DNA from: an uncultured Alteromonadaceae bacterium
GTDB lineage: Bacteria; Pseudomonadota; Gammaproteobacteria; Pseudomonadales; Halieaceae
Assembly: GCA_964420615.1 (NCBI GenBank)
Contig: CAYQUE010000001.1
Location: forward strand, 3,386 to 67,385
Length of the DNA stretch: 64,000 nt
Direction of reading: 5' to 3'
Shown: positions 10,162-18,784 of the stretch, in pieces
Layout: the number at the start of each line of letters is the position of its first letter
Position numbering within the stretch: the stretch's first letter is position 1
The notes under the pieces: generated by a model
What the model was told of the DNA's origin: nothing
Databases searched by the model: none
What the model saw: the letters and a program-made list of their open reading frames with translations, nothing else
Position numbers and translations under genes: made by a program

Positions 10162-10189
10162 GGAACTTCCCGGCCGTTCGTTTGTCTCA
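10162..10189 (+). promoter_or_regulatory. Putative sigmaE (RpoE/AlgU) promoter
   Basis: GGAACTT (10162-10168), 16-nt spacer, TCTCA (10185-10189); matches GGAACTT-N16-TCnnA about 100 bp upstream of the response regulator. Confidence 0.6.
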
Positions 10190-10287
10190 AGGGCCTCAAA
10201 CGAGGGTCAATCGTAAACCTCGGGGCCCGTGTGCGGCGCTCGCACGCGTTGAGTGAGAGCAATTTTTAGTCAGGGAGTCCATGATTC

Positions 10288-10944
10288 GTGCGCATCATTC
10301 TTGTTGAGGATGACCACAGCCTGTCGGAGGCGTTGGTACGGGCGTTAACGTCCGAAGGCAATACCGTGGATTCGGTCAACACGGGGGCGGCAGCGCTGTT
10401 TTTGGCAGAGAACACGGACGCCGACGCCGTGATTCTCGATCTGGGCCTGCCCGATATGGACGGACTTGAGGTGCTGGCGGGCATTCGACGAATAAAAAGT
10501 CAGCTGCCGGTCATCTTGTTGACGGCCCGGGATTCGCTACAAGACAAAGTCTCAGGTCTGGAGAGCGGTGCCGATGATTATCTTACTAAGCCATTCGACG
10601 TTCCTGAGCTGATCGCCCGCCTGCGCGTTATGGCACGCCATCGAAGTGGGCAACCCAGCCAGCGCATTAACCACGGAGCGGTGACGCTCGACCCTAGCGC
10701 CAACGCATTGTTACTCGATGGAGAACGCGTATCGCTGTCGGGCAAAGAATACGCATTGGCCACCATCCTCATGGAGAACCTAGGACGACTCCTTTCCAAA
10801 GAGCAACTCGAGTCCAAAACACAGGGCTGGGGAGAGGAATTGTCGAGCAATGCGATCGAAGTCCATATCCACAATTTACGCAGAAAACTCGGCAAAGACT
10901 TTATTAAGACGGTGCGCGGCATTGGCTACGGCGTGGGTATTTAA
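10288..10944 (+). CDS. OmpR-family response regulator (QseB/PmrA-like)
   Basis: ILVEDD, LDLGLPDMDG, ILLTARD, GADDYLTKPF, SNAIEVHIHNLRRKL, TVRGIGY. Confidence 0.93.
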   Translation: MRIILVEDDHSLSEALVRALTSEGNTVDSVNTGAAALFLAENTDADAVILDLGLPDMDGLEVLAGIRRIKSQLPVILLTARDSLQDKVSGLESGADDYLTKPFDVPELIARLRVMARHRSGQPSQRINHGAVTLDPSANALLLDGERVSLSGKEYALATILMENLGRLLSKEQLESKTQGWGEELSSNAIEVHIHNLRRKLGKDFIKTVRGIGYGVGI

Positions 10945-12245
10945 TGATCTCCATTCGGCGCTTTCTGATACTGGTCAGTCTCGCGGCGACAATCGTGGTG
11001 ACTTTTATCGCCACTTTTCAAGGCTACCGGTCCGGTACATTGGCGACTCAGGCACTGCTCGATAAACAGTTATCCGAGAAAATACAGCTCCTTAATGCTG
11101 ACGCCACGTCGCCGGCGCTCAACACGCCCAACCAGCTTTTTCAGGTCTTTGATGCGCAGGGGCAGCTACTGCGAGGCTCTGCAGGAGCGCCCGCTCTACC
11201 ACTGACCGAGGAATCCCGGGGCTACGCGGACATCAGCCATGACGGCACCCTGTGGCGCACGCTGGCGGTAGGCACCTCCGCGGGAGGACGCATGGTTGTC
11301 GCCGAGCGACGCGCCCTGCAGTTCGAGGTGGTCGACGAAGTCGTTCTGCAAACTTTGCTGCCGATTGGTATCGGCATTCCAGTACTTGCTCTGGTCATCG
11401 GGGTCATCATTACCTACGGGCTACGCCACCTTAGAACGGTTGAACAAGAGTTGCGGGCGCGCTCGGCGCATAACCTGCAGACGCTGGATATCGACGTTGT
11501 GCCGCAGGAACTGCAACCGCTCCTGGACACCACAAACTCCCTACTGGATCAGTTAGACGCGGCGTTTCAACGCGAGCAGCGGTTCGCTGGCGATGCTGCG
11601 CATGAGCTGAGGACACCCGTCAGCGCGCTCAAAATCGACCTGTATAACCTGAGCAAGCGGCTGCCCCCCGACGACGCTGACGTCAACGCCATCAAGCAAA
11701 ATCTGGATCGCATGGGCCATATTATCGAGCAGCTGCTCATGCTTTATCGCGCGTCGTCCGATCAACTCGCCCGTCAGTTTGCGCCCCTGGAGATCCAAAG
11801 AGTCTGCCAGGAAACCGTCGCCGAGCTATACCCGCAGATTCAGGCACGCCGACAAGACATATCGCTCGAAGGCGACGACTGTACTGTCAACGCGCACCGC
11901 TACGCGGTCGGTGCCATGCTGAAAAACTTGATTGATAACGCCAGCAAGTACTCGCCCGAAGGCACCACGATAGAGGTCAGGACGACTCGCGCGGGGGACT
12001 CGCTACAGATCGACGTAGTCGATGCGGGCCCCGGCATCCCCGACTCTTTAAAGAACGAGGTGCAAGGCCGCTTCGTGCGCGGGTCAAGTGCAATGCACTC
12101 TAAAATCGTGGGTTGCGGCCTCGGGCTTTCCATTGTCGATCTCGCTGTAAAACTGCATCGTGGCGTCTGGGCGATACACAATGCCCCGTCGGGACGCGGC
12201 ACTTGGATCGCGGTCACACTACCGATCAGAGGAACGACACCTTGA
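10944..12245 (+). CDS. Sensor histidine kinase (QseC/PmrB-like)
   Basis: Two TM helices, H-box DAAHELRTP, N-box NLIDNASKY, DAGPGI, GCGLGLSIV; TAATG overlap with the regulator. Confidence 0.93.
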   Translation: MISIRRFLILVSLAATIVVTFIATFQGYRSGTLATQALLDKQLSEKIQLLNADATSPALNTPNQLFQVFDAQGQLLRGSAGAPALPLTEESRGYADISHDGTLWRTLAVGTSAGGRMVVAERRALQFEVVDEVVLQTLLPIGIGIPVLALVIGVIITYGLRHLRTVEQELRARSAHNLQTLDIDVVPQELQPLLDTTNSLLDQLDAAFQREQRFAGDAAHELRTPVSALKIDLYNLSKRLPPDDADVNAIKQNLDRMGHIIEQLLMLYRASSDQLARQFAPLEIQRVCQETVAELYPQIQARRQDISLEGDDCTVNAHRYAVGAMLKNLIDNASKYSPEGTTIEVRTTRAGDSLQIDVVDAGPGIPDSLKNEVQGRFVRGSSAMHSKIVGCGLGLSIVDLAVKLHRGVWAIHNAPSGRGTWIAVTLPIRGTTP

Positions 12246-12577
12246 GCTATTCACCTCTCAAACCCGAATTACTCGCGAGCTATCTGTTGGCCCTCAATAC
12301 GATGGCCGCTCCGACCATCGAACTTGAAATCTCCAATCACGTCTTTCAGCCCAGCGTGGTGGAAATTCCCGCCGGACAAAAAGTACGTTTACTCGTGATC
12401 AATTCGGACAGCACGCCCGAAGAATTTGAGAGTTATGAGCTCAATCGAGAGAAGGTCATCGCGGGGGGCGCCAAAGCGATCATATTCGTGGGGCCTCTCG
12501 ATCCTGGAGACTACCCGTTTTTCGGGGAGTTTAACCCCAAGACCGCTCAGGGTTTGATCCGGGTCGTCGCCCCATGA
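12242..12577 (+). CDS. Cupredoxin-like periplasmic protein (EfeO/FtrB-type)
   Basis: FQPSVVEIPAG, PEEFES..LNREKVI, GPLDPGDYPFFGEF; TTG start overlaps the kinase stop. Confidence 0.82.
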   Translation: MSYSPLKPELLASYLLALNTMAAPTIELEISNHVFQPSVVEIPAGQKVRLLVINSDSTPEEFESYELNREKVIAGGAKAIIFVGPLDPGDYPFFGEFNPKTAQGLIRVVAP

Positions 12578-13353
12578 TGCTGGAGGCCGTCGTGATCGTG
12601 TTGCGCGAGGTTCTGGAAGCCGCGTTGCTGGTATCGCTGTTACTGCTGATGTGCCGGCAACGGGGCATCCATACGACGTGGCTTATCCCCGCCACTATCA
12701 CTGGCCTCGGAGGCGCAATGATTTATGCCTCGCAACTCGCCTGGGTCAGCGAGCGATGGGACTACTCCGGACAAGAAATCGTCAATGCCACCATGCAACT
12801 ACTGATCTTCCTCAGCGTGTGCTGCTTGTTCCTGATGGTCAATCGACCCAAAAACAGCCATCACGGGAAGATCGCTTTCTCAATGGCACTGGTTGTTGCA
12901 CTTGCGCTGGTGCGCGAAGTCTCGGAGATCTTCCTGTATCTGCAGGCATTTTGGGGCACCGAAAAAAACCCATTGCCGGTGCTTATGGGCGCCGCCGTAG
13001 GGGCAATGACGGGAGTCAGCACAGGCGTGCTGATCTACTATTTAGTAGCGTGGATGGACATTAGGCGATCGGCCTTTCTGGTGGCGGGCTTATTGGCGGT
13101 GACAGTGGCAGGCATCGCGACGCAGGCCGTGTCCTTACTGGAGCAAGTCGATCGAATACCCTATTCCCCGCCAATCTGGGACACCAGTCATTGGGTCGCG
13201 GAAGACACACTGTTGGGTCAATTGCTCTACGCCTTGCTCGGTTACGAGGCAACACCCACGGTATGGCACGTCTCGACCTACGCGCTGGTCCTGCTGACAA
13301 TGGCCTTGGCCTACGCCTCACCAAAACTCAGCGGAGCGCTCTCTGGTGATTAA
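12574..13353 (+). CDS. FTR1 family iron permease
   Basis: About 7 TM helices, two RExxE motifs (REVLE, REVSE), WDTS..LLGQLL..LLGY. Confidence 0.85.
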   Translation: MMLEAVVIVLREVLEAALLVSLLLLMCRQRGIHTTWLIPATITGLGGAMIYASQLAWVSERWDYSGQEIVNATMQLLIFLSVCCLFLMVNRPKNSHHGKIAFSMALVVALALVREVSEIFLYLQAFWGTEKNPLPVLMGAAVGAMTGVSTGVLIYYLVAWMDIRRSAFLVAGLLAVTVAGIATQAVSLLEQVDRIPYSPPIWDTSHWVAEDTLLGQLLYALLGYEATPTVWHVSTYALVLLTMALAYASPKLSGALSGD

Positions 13354-14068
13354 CGCTGCACATCTGCTTCCGCTGTGCTTCAGCTTGGTTTCCGTTTGCG
13401 CATTGATGGCCGGAGAGGTTCTCGCTGATGGCTCCGCAATCGGTCAAATCTACGCACCTTATGTACAGCCGCTGGAACGTGAGCTCGAACTTTTGTGGCT
13501 AGATGAAAATCGCAAAGGGGGCGTTATTCCGAGCAACTCCCTGTCCAAGCTCGGATTCGGCACCTCGCTATTCGCGGGCGTCTATACCGAGATCAGTATG
13601 GCTTCTATCGAGATCGACGGCGAGCAGACGCAACAGGTTGAACTGGAAGGGATTTGGCAAGTCACAGAGCAAGGCGAATACAGCAGTGACTGGGGAATGC
13701 TGCTAGAGGCAGAAACCAATCTGGATTCGGATATCAGTGAATTCAGTGTTGGCGTGTTGAATCAAAAGGACTGGGGCAAGATCAGTTTGCTCACCAACGT
13801 GGTTGCGTCCTATGAGTGGGGGGAAGATATTGTCAGTGAATTTGAAACGCGCCTCGGGATGCAGGCCCGATATCGTCTCAGACCGACGTTCGAGCCAATG
13901 ATTGAGTTCTTTCAAGGCCAGGACACCACAGCCCTGGGCGTCGGTGCGGGAGGGTTAATCAAACTGTCGCCCGGTCGGCAGCTACGCTGGGGCGTGTCGG
14001 CTCTGAAGGGCCTCAACCCCGAGCTGGAAGATGCGATCAAGCTGGAGCTGGAGTACGAATTTTTCTAA
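13346..14068 (+). CDS. Hypothetical outer-membrane beta-barrel-like protein
   Basis: Signal peptide, IY.PYVQPLERE, QVTEQGEYSSDWG, amphipathic strands, terminal Phe (EYEFF). Confidence 0.65.
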   Translation: MINAAHLLPLCFSLVSVCALMAGEVLADGSAIGQIYAPYVQPLERELELLWLDENRKGGVIPSNSLSKLGFGTSLFAGVYTEISMASIEIDGEQTQQVELEGIWQVTEQGEYSSDWGMLLEAETNLDSDISEFSVGVLNQKDWGKISLLTNVVASYEWGEDIVSEFETRLGMQARYRLRPTFEPMIEFFQGQDTTALGVGAGGLIKLSPGRQLRWGVSALKGLNPELEDAIKLELEYEFF

Positions 14069-14136
14069 CCAACATCGGCCCCCGCACAAGTTCCCTCGAA
14101 ATCCCCGAAATTCCTGCTAATTAATGCCAAGTCAGC

Positions 14137-14153
14137 CTTAAGGATCACTTAAT
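14137..14153 (+). promoter_or_regulatory. PmrA/BasR/QseB-type direct-repeat operator
   Basis: CTTAAG-GATCA-CTTAAT matches YTTAAK-N5-YTTAAK; lies 45 bp upstream of the operon start and about 10 nt before a weak -10-like GATGAT. Confidence 0.7.
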
Positions 14154-14198
14154 TTTCGGGCGCGATGATGTCAGCTCAACCACATTGAGCGACGACCG

Positions 14199-14930
14199 AT
14201 GTTAAGCCAAATGCCCATTCCAGAAAGCGCTGTGTTCCATGAAGCGGGAAGCCTCTATCTACCCCACGAGGGGCTCCTACCTTCGGTATTACCGACACCG
14301 CATACCTCCGGGATTACTGCCACGCTCGGCGCTCTGGCCGGCGCCAAAACCTGGGAAGTCTCGGATCTTGCGCAACCCTCAGAGGCGCGGCGAGCGGCAG
14401 AGGCGCTGATCCAAGCCCGATACCAGTCGATCCATGGCGCCATTGTCGCGCGCTGCATGCCACAACTGTATTCGATTCGCGAAGCAGATCAGGCGATCGC
14501 CGGCGCGGTGGGTATCCGGTGTCTGGAGGAGAGCGACGGCTTGCTGGAGCAATACCTAGATGCGCCGATCGAGACGATTTTGAGCGACTTGGGCAACACC
14601 GCGGTCTCGCGAGAGGACATTATTGAGGTGGGTAATCTTGCCGCGCTCAACATACCGGTGGCCGTGCTGCTCATCGCATTCTTATTCGACGAAGCGAGTC
14701 GACTCAATCGCTCACATGCCGTCTTCACCGGCACTCACGCCTTGCGCCTAGCACTGCGACGCGCCAAGGTATCTCATCACATTATTCAGGCGGCTGACCC
14801 CGAGCGACTGGGCACAGAAAAAACCAATTGGGGTCGTTATTACGAATGTGACCCTCAGGTCATGTTGGTCGACGTCGTCGAAGGCCTCGCACAAATTAAG
14901 GCGCACTTCTGGATTCAGAGGACAGAATAA
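14199..14930 (+). CDS. 'Thermostable hemolysin' family protein (probably acyltransferase fold)
   Basis: R..AE..I..RY...HGA, LLEQYLDAPIE, IIEVGNLAA, VFTGT, ADPERL..WGRYY..DPQV. Confidence 0.85.
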   Translation: MLSQMPIPESAVFHEAGSLYLPHEGLLPSVLPTPHTSGITATLGALAGAKTWEVSDLAQPSEARRAAEALIQARYQSIHGAIVARCMPQLYSIREADQAIAGAVGIRCLEESDGLLEQYLDAPIETILSDLGNTAVSREDIIEVGNLAALNIPVAVLLIAFLFDEASRLNRSHAVFTGTHALRLALRRAKVSHHIIQAADPERLGTEKTNWGRYYECDPQVMLVDVVEGLAQIKAHFWIQRTE

Positions 14931-16387
14931 TGCGAGATCTTGTCGCACGTATCGCGCAATTTGCCGCGTTATATCCCGAGCGAGAGGCGCTCGTTTGCCC
15001 CAATCGCACCCTGACGTATGCCGATCTCGCATCCGCTATCGACGCCACCAAATGTGAATTACACGAGCTTGGCATCTCGCGGCTGGCGATCTATGCCAAT
15101 AACTCGGCGGACTGGGCCATTCTCGACCTGGCCGCCTCGGCGGCGGGTATTGTCGTGGTGCCCATTCCGCTTTTTTTCAGCGCCAGTCAAACCGAGCATC
15201 TGATAACCAACAGCGGGATTCAAATGATCTTTGCTGACCGCGCTTGGCCGTTGCCCGCAAGGGCACAAGTCGCCTCGCAGACGCTACAGGGCAACTACCT
15301 CAAAGTCGCGGATTCGGCGCATAGCGTCGGGGCAAGCTATTCCAAGGTGACATACACCTCGGGTAGCACAGGGCAGCCCAAGGGCGCTTGCCTGCGGTCC
15401 GAGACAATGATGTCGATCGTGACCTCACTGTCCGACGCCTTACTCCCCAGCCACCTGAGGCGTCATCTCGCGCTACTGCCATTTGCAACCTTGTTGGAAA
15501 ACGTAGCCGGTATCTACCTGCCCCTGTGGATGGGGCGCGCCGTTGTTATCGACGATCCCGCCAACCTCGGCTTGTCTTCAAACCATGAATTCGATCCCGT
15601 GCGCTTCGCAGAGCAGGTCGCCCGACACCAGATCGAAAGTGTGATCCTGCTTCCGCAGATACTCAAACTGCTCCTCGAGGCTGACGTTACCAAACACCTG
15701 AGTGGCATGAAATTTATGGCCGTCGGCGGCGGCAAAGTAGCACCAGATTTGCTTTGGCGCGCTCAGGAATTGGCGCTACCGGTGTTCGAGGGTTACGGGC
15801 TGACAGAGTGTGGATCTTGCGTAGCACTGAACACCCCATCGGCGAATGCCATTGGCAGCGTAGGCAAGCCCCTGCCGCATGCCCAAGTTCGCATCGGCGC
15901 CAACGGCGAGGTGTTCGTTACTGGCGCAGCCATGGAGGGATATCTGCAGGACGCACCGGCACCGTCGGAAGTCTCTACTGGAGACGCTGGATTTATCGAC
16001 GCCGAAGGATTCCTTCATATCACCGGCCGTATCAAGAACGTGATTGTCTCGAGCTTTGGCAGAAATATCTCTCCAGAATGGGTGGAGAGCTTCTTTCTTG
16101 CGGATCCGCGCATTCAACAACTGGCCGTCTTCGGCGAGGCGGAGCCCCACTTGAACGCAGTGTTTGTGGTCGACAATAGCCTCACGGACCGGACCCTCGC
16201 GGAGTTAGTCCAAAACATCAATGCTGACCTGCCCGATTACGCCCGCATCATCAGCTGGACGCGCACCGATTGCCCCTTCTCGGTGGCCAACGGTCGGCTC
16301 ACGCAGAATGGAAAAATTCGCCGAGATGTCATTGCCGAAGATTTTATGGGCGACGCAGGCAGCGGTATCGGGATGGCTGCGGCATGA
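14930..16387 (+). CDS. AMP-binding (adenylate-forming) acyl ligase
   Basis: TYTSGSTGQPKG, EGYGLTE, TGD, GRIKNVI, LTQNGKIRR; TAATG coupling to the upstream gene. Confidence 0.9.
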   Translation: MRDLVARIAQFAALYPEREALVCPNRTLTYADLASAIDATKCELHELGISRLAIYANNSADWAILDLAASAAGIVVVPIPLFFSASQTEHLITNSGIQMIFADRAWPLPARAQVASQTLQGNYLKVADSAHSVGASYSKVTYTSGSTGQPKGACLRSETMMSIVTSLSDALLPSHLRRHLALLPFATLLENVAGIYLPLWMGRAVVIDDPANLGLSSNHEFDPVRFAEQVARHQIESVILLPQILKLLLEADVTKHLSGMKFMAVGGGKVAPDLLWRAQELALPVFEGYGLTECGSCVALNTPSANAIGSVGKPLPHAQVRIGANGEVFVTGAAMEGYLQDAPAPSEVSTGDAGFIDAEGFLHITGRIKNVIVSSFGRNISPEWVESFFLADPRIQQLAVFGEAEPHLNAVFVVDNSLTDRTLAELVQNINADLPDYARIISWTRTDCPFSVANGRLTQNGKIRRDVIAEDFMGDAGSGIGMAAA

Positions 16388-17244
16388 TGGCCCAGAGTGT
16401 AAACCCGCAAATCGATCTGCCCGCTCGCCGAGAGATCGAAGCGACGCTGGCCGACAAGGGATGGCTCCTGATTAATGCAGGTGATATCCAAGTCAGTGGC
16501 TTCACCGCTTTCTTCAAACCACTCTGCGAGCAGCTAACATTCGACCCCGCGCGACAGTCAGTCACCGACGCGGTGCAGAGCGTCGATGCGGGAACTGACG
16601 CCGTCGGCCTACATATTGAGAATGGCAATACACCGCTACCGCCCGATCTGGTGGCATTTTTTAGCGCTCGAAGCGCCTCAAGTGGCTCGCAAACGACGGT
16701 TTGCGATGGCGCGGCAGTTTACAAATCATTACCCAGCCAGCTGCTAAAGCGACTGGAAAAACCTTACACCATGACGCGATCACTGCCAAAAGTCATTTGG
16801 CAGCGGTATGTCGCGACTGCAGAAAACATCAGCGACGCCGCGACCGTTACAACCCAACAGCTTGATGCATTTATCCATCGCGTGCCCAACCAGTCCTGCA
16901 TCCTGAACGATGACGGCAGTATTCGCTATCAGCTCACGCTATCGGCGCTCCGCAGCGATAACTACGGCGCAATCCCCGCTTTCGCCAACGCCCTATTGGG
17001 ACCCTCCTATAACTACGAACCTCCAGAGTATCGTAGCCACGACGGCACCCTGATCGAGACAGCGCTCCTCGAGGACGTCGCTGAGCTGTGCGAGCAACAT
17101 ACCGAAGAAATCGACTGGAAAGACGGCGACATCGCGATCATCGACAACAAGCGCTGCCTCCACGGTCGTCGCGCTATTACAGTCCCACTCAGCGAGAGAA
17201 GTTTGTTTATCGCAATGGGTTCACGCCGCGCGCACAGTCAATAA
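16384..17244 (+). CDS. TauD/TfdA-family Fe(II)/2-oxoglutarate-type oxygenase
   Basis: GLHIENG (HxE), TTVCDG, WKDGDIAIIDNKRCLHGRR; ATGA overlap with the ligase. Confidence 0.85.
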   Translation: MMAQSVNPQIDLPARREIEATLADKGWLLINAGDIQVSGFTAFFKPLCEQLTFDPARQSVTDAVQSVDAGTDAVGLHIENGNTPLPPDLVAFFSARSASSGSQTTVCDGAAVYKSLPSQLLKRLEKPYTMTRSLPKVIWQRYVATAENISDAATVTTQQLDAFIHRVPNQSCILNDDGSIRYQLTLSALRSDNYGAIPAFANALLGPSYNYEPPEYRSHDGTLIETALLEDVAELCEQHTEEIDWKDGDIAIIDNKRCLHGRRAITVPLSERSLFIAMGSRRAHSQ

Positions 17245-17267
17245 TCATTCGTAAGAGACAACTTCAC

Positions 17268-18071
17268 ATGAAAAATCTGGCATTAGTGACCGGCGCGACC
17301 GGCGGAATCGGTGCGGCAATCGCGAAACAGCTGATGGCCGAAGGCTACAGCGTGCTTCTCACTGGCCGCAGCCTCGAGCGACTAGAACAGGTGAGCGCTG
17401 AACTCCGCTCAGAACATCCCACGGCACAAATTGAGGTGGTCAGCGCCGACGTAACGACGGCGTCGGGGCGCGACGCCATCGTAGCTTGCATCGGGTCGCT
17501 GCAAAGGGCATTAGATTTAATCGTGAATAACGCGGGCGCCGGCTTGTTTGGGCTGTTGGAAGACCTCGAAGCGGAACAGCTAGAGACACTTTTCACCACC
17601 AATGTGGTGGCACCCATACTACTGACTCAGGCAGTGCTTAAGGCTTTCGTAGCGCAAAACCCAAAACTGCAAGTCATCAACGTCGGCTCAACTTTTGGCA
17701 GCATTGGCTACCCGGGATTTAGCAGTTACTGCGCGACAAAATTTGCCTTGCGGGGGTTTAGCCAGGCACTCGCGCGCGAGTATGGCGATACCGCAGTTCA
17801 AGTTCGCTACTTTGCACCCCGTGCTACACAGACCGCGCTCAATTCTGACGCAGTAAACGCCATGAATCAGGAACTCAAGGTCTCGGTAGATACTCCTGAA
17901 GTCGTGGCTAAGCAGTTCGCGGCGTTTTTGCGCAGCAAAAACCCCAGCGCTCATATTGGTTGGCCCGAGCGGTTTTTCGTTTGGCTAAACCAGCTCTCAC
18001 CGGGCACCGTGACCTCCGCGCTCATAAAACAGCTACCCGTGATCAAGCGGCACGCCCGCGCAACTGGCTAA
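17268..18071 (+). CDS. Short-chain dehydrogenase/reductase
   Basis: TGATGGIG, NNAG, NVGSTFGSIGYPG, YCATK; APRATQT and GWPER motifs like SDRs of hemolysin-associated clusters. Confidence 0.9.
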   Translation: MKNLALVTGATGGIGAAIAKQLMAEGYSVLLTGRSLERLEQVSAELRSEHPTAQIEVVSADVTTASGRDAIVACIGSLQRALDLIVNNAGAGLFGLLEDLEAEQLETLFTTNVVAPILLTQAVLKAFVAQNPKLQVINVGSTFGSIGYPGFSSYCATKFALRGFSQALAREYGDTAVQVRYFAPRATQTALNSDAVNAMNQELKVSVDTPEVVAKQFAAFLRSKNPSAHIGWPERFFVWLNQLSPGTVTSALIKQLPVIKRHARATG

Positions 18072-18170
18072 CCCTCCCGAATTCCGGGTGATATGCTCGC
18101 CCCCAGGGCTATTGTGCCTGCGGCGCACGGTAGCCCCCCAAACCAATGGATTGGCAAAACAGGGGGATAC

Positions 18171-18770
18171 ATGGATACCGGCACTCTAATCTTCTTTGGC
18201 GTTGTCACGCTCGTTATCGTCTGGGCGATCGCCATCTACAACCAACTCGTTGCACTCGCGAACCGATACAAAAACGGTTTTGCGCAAATCGAGGTGCAAC
18301 TCAAAAGACGCTACGACCTGATTCCAAATCTGGTGGAAACCGCCAAGGGCTACCTAAGCCACGAGCGCGAAACGCTAGAAGCCGTGATTAGCGCCCGCAA
18401 CGAAGCCGCCACCGCGCTGGGAGCGCTGAGTGGCGGCCAGCTGGATGCGGGCCGCATCCGACAATTATCCGGTGCTGAGGGCGCGCTCGGTTCAGCGCTG
18501 GGCAAGCTGAACGTGGTGATGGAGGCTTACCCCGAACTCACTGCGAGCGCCAATATGCAGCAACTCAGTGAAGAACTCGCCTCCACAGAAAACCGGGTGG
18601 CTTTCGCGCGCCAGGGGTTCAACGATGCAGTCATGTCCTACAACACGTATCGGCAGTCGTTTCCGAATGTGCTGATTGCCAATCGATTTGGCCACATCGA
18701 GGACGCTGAGCTGCTGGAGTTCGAGGACACCGCTGCGATCCAGCAGGCGCCTAACGTCAGCTTCTCTTAA
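18171..18770 (+). CDS. lemA: LemA family protein
   Basis: N-terminal TM, IEVQLKRRYDLIPNLVE, EAYPEL, ENRVAFARQ.FND. Confidence 0.95.
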   Translation: MDTGTLIFFGVVTLVIVWAIAIYNQLVALANRYKNGFAQIEVQLKRRYDLIPNLVETAKGYLSHERETLEAVISARNEAATALGALSGGQLDAGRIRQLSGAEGALGSALGKLNVVMEAYPELTASANMQQLSEELASTENRVAFARQGFNDAVMSYNTYRQSFPNVLIANRFGHIEDAELLEFEDTAAIQQAPNVSFS

Positions 18771-18784
18771 GGACTGCAAAACAC

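Noticed and set aside
14199-14930. Secreted hemolytic toxin
   Set aside because: No signal peptide or secretion genes; coupled to cytoplasmic enzymes, so the family name is probably misleading.
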